Origin: Nitrospinota bacterium
GTDB taxonomy: Bacteria; UBA8248
Assembly: GCA_030754595.1 (NCBI GenBank)
Contig: JASLZZ010000126.1
Coordinates: 1-64,000 of the forward strand
Reading direction: 5' to 3'
DNA: 64,000 nt
Each line of letters starts with the position of its first letter. Within the stretch, counting starts at the first letter, position 1. The notes under the pieces are model-generated. The model was not told the origin of the DNA. It saw nothing but the letters and a program-made list of their open reading frames with translations, and ran no database searches. The position numbers and the translations under genes were made by a program. Below are positions 58,011 to 64,000 of this stretch, piece after piece.

Positions 58011-58631
58011 TCAGGCGCCCAGCGCCCGGCGTACCTCCTCGGCCGCCCGGGCCGGGTCCGCCGCACCGAGGATGGCACCGATGACGGCCACCCCGTGCGC
58101 CCCGGCCTCGATGCAGGCGGCGGCGTTCTCGGCCCCCACCCCGCCGAGGGCGTAGACCGGCCCGCCGCAGGCCTGAACGTCGAACCGAAAACCATCGAGA
58201 CCCAGGATCGGGCCCGAGGAGAATTTACTCCGCGTAGGAAAAACCGGGCTCAGCGTCACGAAATCGGCCCCGGCCGCAAATGCCTCGGCCGCCTCCCCGC
58301 CGCTGTGGGCCGAGTATCCGATCAGCCCCCGGTAGCCGGCGCGGACGGCCTCGACCGGCTTGGTTGCCTTTCCGAGATGGACCCCCGCCGCCCCGAGTTC
58401 CCCGGCCAGCTCCGGCGAGCCGTTGACGATGACGCGCGCGCCGAACTCACCGGCCAGCGACATCACCTCCCGGCCCAAGTCGAGGCGCTCTTGTCTCGGG
58501 AGGTCTTTTTCCCGGAACTGGAGAAATCGCACACCGCCCTCAAGAGCGCCCCTAAGCGCTCCGGTGATATCCCCCGAGGGGGGGGCATTCCGGTCCGTGA
58601 TGAGATAGAGGGGGTCGTGATCGACGCTCAC
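58011..58631 (-). CDS. thiE: thiamine phosphate synthase (ThiE/TenI family)
   Basis: LYLITD, QFREKD, GVHLG, SAHS, SPVFPT.SK, YALGG. Confidence 0.8.
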   Translation of the reverse strand: MSVDHDPLYLITDRNAPPSGDITGALRGALEGGVRFLQFREKDLPRQERLDLGREVMSLAGEFGARVIVNGSPELAGELGAAGVHLGKATKPVEAVRAGYRGLIGYSAHSGGEAAEAFAAGADFVTLSPVFPTRSKFSSGPILGLDGFRFDVQACGGPVYALGGVGAENAAACIEAGAHGVAVIGAILGAADPARAAEEVRRALGA

Positions 58632-58654
58632 CCGGGGCCCGCCTTCCCCGGCGG

Positions 58655-59428
58655 TCAGGAGCCGATGACGCCCTCGAGCGGACTCGAGGCCGTCGCGTAG
58701 AGTTTCATGGGAATCCGGCCCGCCTCGTAGGCGAGGCGGCCCGCCTCGACGCCGAGCCGCATGGCGCGGGCCATCTTCACCGGGTCGCCGGCGCCCGCGA
58801 TGGCCGTCTGCATGAGCACCGCCGTCGAGCCCAACTCCATCGCCACAGCGGCGTCCGAGGCCGTCCCCACCCCGGCGTCCACAACCACCGGAATCGAGGA
58901 CTGCTCCATGATGATCTTGAGATTGTAGGGGTTGCGGATGCCCATCCCCGAGCCGATCGGCGCCGCCAGCGGCATGACCGCGTGGCAGCCCTGGTCCTCG
59001 AGCTTTTTGCAGACGACCGGATCGTCGATGCAGTAGGGCAGGACGGTGAAGCCGTCGTCCAGCAGAACCCGGCAGGCCTCGAGCAGCCCCTCGTTGTCCG
59101 GGAACAGGGTTTTCTCATCGCCGATGACCTCGACCTTGACGAAATCGGACCCCGTCGCCTCGCGTCCGAGGCGCGCCGTCGTGACCGCGCTCTTCACGTC
59201 AAAACAGCCCGCCGTGTTCGGCAAAATCGTGCATTTCTCGCGGTCGAAGTTCGCCCAAAAGCCGTCCTTCGTGTCGTCGTTCAGGTCGGTGCGCCGGATG
59301 GCGACGGTGACGATCTCGGCACCGCTCGCCTCGATCGCCTCGTGCATGACGTGAAAATCCGAGTATTTTCCCGACCCCACCCAGAGGCGGGAGGTAAACG
59401 ATCGATCGCCTATCTCGTAGCTGCTCAT
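58655..59428 (-). CDS. thiG: thiazole synthase
   Basis: [43 protein letters not shown]. Confidence 0.97.
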   Translation of the reverse strand: MSSYEIGDRSFTSRLWVGSGKYSDFHVMHEAIEASGAEIVTVAIRRTDLNDDTKDGFWANFDREKCTILPNTAGCFDVKSAVTTARLGREATGSDFVKVEVIGDEKTLFPDNEGLLEACRVLLDDGFTVLPYCIDDPVVCKKLEDQGCHAVMPLAAPIGSGMGIRNPYNLKIIMEQSSIPVVVDAGVGTASDAAVAMELGSTAVLMQTAIAGAGDPVKMARAMRLGVEAGRLAYEAGRIPMKLYATASSPLEGVIGS

Positions 59429-59470
59429 GGTTCCCTCTCCTTGCCCCTTCGGGGGGCGAAACCGAGCGGC

Positions 59471-59671
59471 CTAGCCGCCGCCGACCGCGCGCACGATTTC
59501 GATCTCATCGCCCTCTGAGAATTTAACCGCGGCGTAGTCGCCGCGCCGGACAATATCCATATTGACCGCGACGGCGAGGCCGTTCACCTCGAGGCCGAGC
59601 GAATCGAGCAGGTCCGCCACCGTGGCCCCGCTCTCGACCTCTCTCGCCTCGCCGTTCACCTGAATTTTCAT
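59471..59671 (-). CDS. thiS: sulfur carrier protein ThiS
   Basis: MKIQVNGE...AVAVN...EIVRAVGGG. Confidence 0.95.
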   Translation of the reverse strand: MKIQVNGEAREVESGATVADLLDSLGLEVNGLAVAVNMDIVRRGDYAAVKFSEGDEIEIVRAVGGG

Positions 59672-59688
59672 GTTCGAGCCTTTAACGC

Positions 59689-59724
59689 AAAAAACAAAAA
59701 AACCGCTGTCCCCGCGGGAAGCGG
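59689..59724 (-). terminator. terminator in the TPP riboswitch expression platform
   Basis: Minus strand CCGCT..AGCGG hairpin followed by TTTTTTTGTTTTTT just upstream of thiS. Confidence 0.65.
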
Positions 59725-59771
59725 CCAAAGAACCCTGGAAAGAAACTCAAGAGACTTTCCGATTTCTCCGT

Positions 59772-59857
59772 CCCGCTTCCCTTCGCTGGAATTACCCAGA
59801 TCAGGTTCTAAGGGTTGCCTCTCGTACCGAGGCTCTCAGATACCCACCCCTAGCAGG
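59772..59857 (-). ncRNA. TPP riboswitch
   Basis: Minus strand GCTAGGGGTG..CTGAGA..ACCCTTAGAACCTGATCTGGGTAATTCCAGCGAAGGGAAGC upstream of thiSGE. Confidence 0.95.
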
Positions 59858-59938
59858 TCTACACAGACGCGATCATACCCCTTGGCCCGCCCCTGTCAAT
59901 CGGGGCCGGAGCGCTTCCCGCCGGTTGATTAAACTCCC

Positions 59939-60943
59939 CTACAAGACCTCGGGTTCGACGGGCCTTCCCTCCTCGGCCGAGCGGACGATGGCCTCGAGGA
60001 TGGCGACGGCGGCCATGCCCTCCTCGCCGGCGACCTCGGGCTTTCGGCCCTCGAGGATGGCGCCGGCGAAATCGTCCATCTCCTCGGCGAGGGAAATGGC
60101 GAGTTGTTCCGCGCCGTCCGGCATCGGCAGGCGCTCGAAGGTATCGGCGTCCTCTCGCTTGAGAGAACACTCGCCCCCGTCCACGTCGAGATAGATGACG
60201 CCCTCGGTGCCGTGGACCTGAAAGAAATTCCGATCGGGGGTTACCATGGTGCCGCCCAGGTAGCCGAGGGCCCCGCTCTCAAACTCGAGCACCGCCGTCA
60301 TCACATCGTCGGGTACGGCGGGCCCGCTGAGCTTGCTTACGAACGCCGAGATTCGCCGGACGGGCCCGACGAGGTGGTTCATGGCGTCGGCCTGGTGGAC
60401 GGTGAAGCTAGCCAGGGGACCGCCCGGGCTCTCCTCCTTCGAGTTTCGCCAGAGGCCCTCGATGCGGTAGCTCTGGGGCCGGGATTGATTCGCCTCGGCC
60501 AAGACGACCTCGCCGATCGCGCCCGCGCGGATGAACTCGGCCGCCTTCCGGTAGCGCGGCGCCCGGCGGGTGTTCTGGCCCACGGCGAGGACTGTGCCGG
60601 CCTCCTTGGCGGCGGCGATCATATCGCGACAGTCGGCTGTCGTGAGCGCCATCGGCTTTTCGACCATGACGTGCTTGCCGCTCCGGGCGGCCTCGATGGC
60701 CTGGGGCGGGTGCAGGGAGTTCGGGGTGGTGAGGACGACGGCGCCGATGGAATCGTCGGCCAGGATATCTTCGTAGGATTTCATCGGCCGGCCGCCGAAG
60801 TTTTTCTCGAACACGGCCATTTTCTCGCCGGACCTCGAAAGGCCCCCGGCGATCTCTATCCGCCCGCTTTTCTTCGCTCCGGCGGCGAGCTGATCGGACC
60901 ATCTGCCCAGCCCAACGAACGCCATTCTGACTTTATCGCTCAT
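59939..60943 (-). CDS. Gfo/Idh/MocA family oxidoreductase
   Basis: VGLGRW, TPNSLH, HVMVEKPMA. Confidence 0.88.
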   Translation of the reverse strand: MSDKVRMAFVGLGRWSDQLAAGAKKSGRIEIAGGLSRSGEKMAVFEKNFGGRPMKSYEDILADDSIGAVVLTTPNSLHPPQAIEAARSGKHVMVEKPMALTTADCRDMIAAAKEAGTVLAVGQNTRRAPRYRKAAEFIRAGAIGEVVLAEANQSRPQSYRIEGLWRNSKEESPGGPLASFTVHQADAMNHLVGPVRRISAFVSKLSGPAVPDDVMTAVLEFESGALGYLGGTMVTPDRNFFQVHGTEGVIYLDVDGGECSLKREDADTFERLPMPDGAEQLAISLAEEMDDFAGAILEGRKPEVAGEEGMAAVAILEAIVRSAEEGRPVEPEVL

Positions 60944-60985
60944 TTCGGTTCCTTGTCTCTATAGGAGATAGGAGTTCGGGACCGC

Positions 60986-61582
60986 CTACACCAGCCCTTC
61001 CATCATGGCGGCGCGGGCCTCCGGGTTGTCCGCTAATTTTCCGTCCTCGAGCTCGATCCCGAGCCCATTCGCCACGCGGGCGATGAAGTTCCGATAGGCC
61101 GACACGGTGGCGATCTCGAGGATCGCCACGTCGTCGAACCCGTGCGCCCGGAGGTTTTCCACATCGCTCTCGGTCACCGTCCAGGGGGCGAGGGTGATCT
61201 TCTCGGCGTACTCGAGCATCGCCAGGTCCTCGGGGCTCAGGCCGGCGCTCCTGAAATCCTCCTTGAGGGCCAGCGCCTCGGCGGTCCCGTCCCCCTCGCT
61301 CACATCACGGAGAAACGCTCCGTGAGAAACCGTTCAGTAGCGGCACTTGATCATCGAGGAAATCGCCACCGCCAGCATCTCCTCGCGCCGGCGGCCCAGG
61401 CTTGTGGCTCCGAAGGTCACCGCGCGCGAAAACGAATAATAGGCTTTGAGCAGATCGGGCTTGATGCTGTATATCTTTTGGATGTTTCCCACGCCGCCGC
61501 CAGTGCGCTTTTTTTGCGCCTCGTAGTGGGCCCTGACTTCCCCCTCGGCTTCTTGTTCGTCGACCGTCTTGATCCAGGCCAT
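60986..61582 (-). CDS. AhpD-like (CMD family) peroxidase-related selenoprotein, CxxU
   Basis: AGGAGG RBS and ATG 61582; ...EMLAVAISSMIKCRY-TGA-TVSHG... continues in frame to 60986; TGA at 61334-61336 occupies the second Cys of the CxxC-xx-H motif. Confidence 0.85.
61305..61325 (-). promoter_or_regulatory. candidate bacterial SECIS hairpin
   Basis: UCACGGAG-CGUUU-CUCCGUGA, 8-bp perfect stem starting 8 nt 3' of the UGA, G in the loop. Confidence 0.7.
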
Positions 61583-61741
61583 TCTCGCCTCCTTATGGAA
61601 TCTCCCGCCGCATCCGCGCGGGCCCCTGTGCAACCCGCCCTCTTTTCGGGTATGAAGGAAGAACATACTTCGATATCGGTGAGGAAACAAGAAAAGCCCA
61701 CGGCCGCGCCGTTTCGCCCGGCCTCTGAGAAGGAGTCCTCC

Positions 61742-62842
61742 ATGAAAGCAGCCGTTTTCTACGAGCCGAACAAACCGCTGGTCATCGAGGAGGTCGAGGT
61801 CGACCCCCCGAAGGAGGGCGAGATACTGGTGAAAATGGCGGCGGCGGGGGTGTGCCACAGCGACCACCACGCGATGACGGGCGAGATGCCCATCGCCTCG
61901 CCGGTCATCCTCGGCCACGAGGGCGCGGGCGTCGTCGAGGAGGTGGGCCCCGGCGTCATCTCCCTCCAGCCGGGCGACCATGTCGCGAGCGTTTGGCGCT
62001 ACGCGTGCGGAACCTGCGAATACTGCCTCATCGCCCGGCCACAGCTTTGCCCGACGAGCGCCCGGATGCGCTCGAACGCCACCCTCTCGGACGGAACCAA
62101 GCGCTTCAGGATGGGCAACACCGAAGTCGGCCACCACCTGGGCGTCTCGACGTTCAGCGAATACTCGGTGATGAGCGAAAAATCCGCGCTAAAAATCCGC
62201 GACGACATGCCCCTCGACAAGGCCGCCGTCGTGAGTTGTGCGGTGATCACCGGCGTCGGCGCGGTTGTCAACGCCGCAAAGGCGCGGCCGGGCGAGAGCG
62301 TCGCCGTCTTCGGGGCGGGAGGCATCGGCCTCAACGCCGTCCAGGGCGCCGCGCTGGCCGGGGCCGATCCGATCATCGCGGTCGATGTTTTCCAGAACAA
62401 GCTCGACATGGCCAAGAAATTCGGCGCCACCCACCTCGTCAACGCTTCGGACGAGGACCCGGTCACCCGCATCCGCGAGCTCACCGGCGGCCAAGGGGCG
62501 CACCACGCCATCGAGGCCATCGGCAACACCGAGGTCGCCACACAGTGCTTCAACGCCATCCGCCCCGGGGGTACGGCGGTGATGATCGGCATCACGAGCC
62601 CCAAGGCGGCCGCCGCGATTCCGACTCTCGACCTCGTCACCCAGGAGAAAAAACTCGTCGGCTCCCTCTACGGCTCCTCGGTGCCGCGCCATATGGTGCC
62701 GCGCTTGATCGAGCTCTACATGGCCGGAAAGCTCAACCTCGATGACTTGCTCACGCGCTCCTACCCGCTCGACCGGATCAACGAGGCCTACGAGGCCCTC
62801 ATCGCGGGTGAGGTGGCCCGGAGCGTCATCGCCTACGACTGA
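61742..62842 (+). CDS. Zn-dependent alcohol dehydrogenase (class III-like)
   Basis: GVCHSD, GHEGAG, CGTCEYC..C, GAGGIG. Confidence 0.92.
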   Translation: MKAAVFYEPNKPLVIEEVEVDPPKEGEILVKMAAAGVCHSDHHAMTGEMPIASPVILGHEGAGVVEEVGPGVISLQPGDHVASVWRYACGTCEYCLIARPQLCPTSARMRSNATLSDGTKRFRMGNTEVGHHLGVSTFSEYSVMSEKSALKIRDDMPLDKAAVVSCAVITGVGAVVNAAKARPGESVAVFGAGGIGLNAVQGAALAGADPIIAVDVFQNKLDMAKKFGATHLVNASDEDPVTRIRELTGGQGAHHAIEAIGNTEVATQCFNAIRPGGTAVMIGITSPKAAAAIPTLDLVTQEKKLVGSLYGSSVPRHMVPRLIELYMAGKLNLDDLLTRSYPLDRINEAYEALIAGEVARSVIAYD

Positions 62843-62882
62843 TTGGCGACGCCCCAGCGGAAGGTGTGGCATAATTCTCCGC

Positions 62883-63737
62883 ATGAAACGCAAGCTGATT
62901 CACTTCGCGATCCTCCCAGCCCTCGCCCTGATGCTGGCCGGATGCACCCTCCGGCAGGCGGTGGCCCGGTCCTCGGCCGCCGTTCTCGACGACATGATCG
63001 CTGCGCTGAACGCGGAGCCCGACCCGGGGCACGCCAGGGAGGCGACCGCCTCGCTGCTCGTCATGATCGAGGGCTTCGTTCGCGCCGACCCCGGAAACGC
63101 CAGGCTCCGCCGCTCCGCCGCCCAGGCCTACGGCGGCTTTGCCTTCGGGTTTCTCGAAAAAGAGGAGCCCGCCCGAGCCCGGCGGCTTTACCTGAGGGGC
63201 CGCGACCACGGACTCAGCGCCCTCGGGCTCGCATCGGGGGCGAAGGAAACCGCCTTCCGCGCCGCGCTCGGCCACGTCGGCCGGGACCGGCTGGCCCTTC
63301 TGTTCTGGACGGCCTACTGCTGGAGCGGGTGGATCAACATGAGCCGCCAGGACCCCGACGCCGTGGCCGACCTGCCCCGAGTCGAGGCGATGATGGCCCG
63401 CGCCCGCTTGGTCGACCCCGGATATTTCCACGGCGGGCCCGAGCTTTTCTTCGGGGTCTACTGGGGCAGCCGCTCCCGCCTCATGGGCGGAGACCCCAAA
63501 AAGGCTAGGGCCGCCTTCGCCCGCGCCGTCTCGGCCTCGAAGGGTCGCTTTCTGATGGCGAAGCTTCTCTTCGCGCGCCACTTCGCCGTCCAGGCGCAGG
63601 ACAAAAAACTGTTCACCCGCCTGCTCGGTGAGATCGAAAAGGCGCCCGAGGGCCTCCTGCCCGCCCAGGCGCTGGCCAACGCACTCGCCCGCCGCCGCGC
63701 CCGTGAGCTTCGCGAGCGGATGGAAGAGTTGTTTTGA
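62883..63737 (+). CDS. TRAP transporter TatT component lipoprotein
   Basis: Lipobox LAGC; helical, with LY.RGRD.G, LFWTAY.W, GGDP.KA motifs; directly upstream of a DctP-like gene. Confidence 0.8.
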   Translation: MKRKLIHFAILPALALMLAGCTLRQAVARSSAAVLDDMIAALNAEPDPGHAREATASLLVMIEGFVRADPGNARLRRSAAQAYGGFAFGFLEKEEPARARRLYLRGRDHGLSALGLASGAKETAFRAALGHVGRDRLALLFWTAYCWSGWINMSRQDPDAVADLPRVEAMMARARLVDPGYFHGGPELFFGVYWGSRSRLMGGDPKKARAAFARAVSASKGRFLMAKLLFARHFAVQAQDKKLFTRLLGEIEKAPEGLLPAQALANALARRRARELRERMEELF

Positions 63738-64000
63738 TGACTCGAAAGCTGATAACCCTGAAATTTATGGCGGCCCTTTTGATCGCCCCGGCCCTCCTGC
63801 TCGCCTCGCCGCCCGACACGCAGGCGGCGCGAAAGCACGTCATCAAGTTCGCCAGCCTCGCCCCCGAGGGGACCACCTGGATGCGCGTGATGCGCGGGCT
63901 CGACCGCGACATCCGCAAAGCCACGAAAAAAACCGTGCGCTTTCGCATCTACCCGGGCGGCGTCTCGGGAAACGAAAAGGACGTTGTCCGCAAGCTGCGC
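63737..64000 (+). CDS. TRAP substrate-binding protein DctP/TatP (partial, runs off the window)
   Basis: TGATG coupling; signal peptide then IKFASLAPEGTTW...YPGGVSGNEKDVVRKLR. Confidence 0.85.
   Translation, partial: MTRKLITLKFMAALLIAPALLLASPPDTQAARKHVIKFASLAPEGTTWMRVMRGLDRDIRKATKKTVRFRIYPGGVSGNEKDVVRKLR

Noticed and set aside
61142..61741. 200-aa N-terminal extension of the alcohol dehydrogenase ORF
   Set aside because: Overlaps the selenoprotein gene antisense; AAGGAG RBS supports ATG 61742.

Overview
High-GC chromosomal segment of a diderm bacterium. The gene mix (tmk-holB-PSP1-metG-tatD, hrcA/CIRCE, sigma-54 two-component system, TIGR02757-type gene, PAC2, TRAP-T) suggests a Nitrospinota/Tectomicrobia/deltaproteobacteria-like lineage; this is inference only. 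Housekeeping blocks (tmk-holB-PSP1-metG-tatD/rSAM, hrcA-dnaJ-prmA, purD, dtd-nadK-recN, acs, TPP riboswitch-thiSGE) alternate with catabolic oxidoreductases and hydrolases. The most notable items are: (1) an 11-gene specialised type II fatty-acid/polyketide cluster (35.4-45.3 kb) with an AcpXL-like extended ACP, two intact and two catalytic-Cys-less ketosynthases, two FabZ-like dehydratases, its own AcpS and a terminal LpxL-type acyltransferase; (2) an AhpD-like selenoprotein with CxxU and a SECIS-like hairpin that the ORF track splits; (3) a promoter+RBS+N-terminal module present three times, two copies inverted around 5.6 kb that includes purD; (4) a promoter-to-terminator ~70-nt structured RNA upstream of purD; (5) an orphan ribbon-helix-helix gene with three palindromic operator-like boxes; (6) a 109-bp MITE-like element; (7) at least six accessory reading frames broken by single nonsense or homopolymer changes while core genes are intact. 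No rRNA, tRNA, CRISPR array, integrase or transposase was recognised. All family assignments come from motif recognition by eye; no searches were run.
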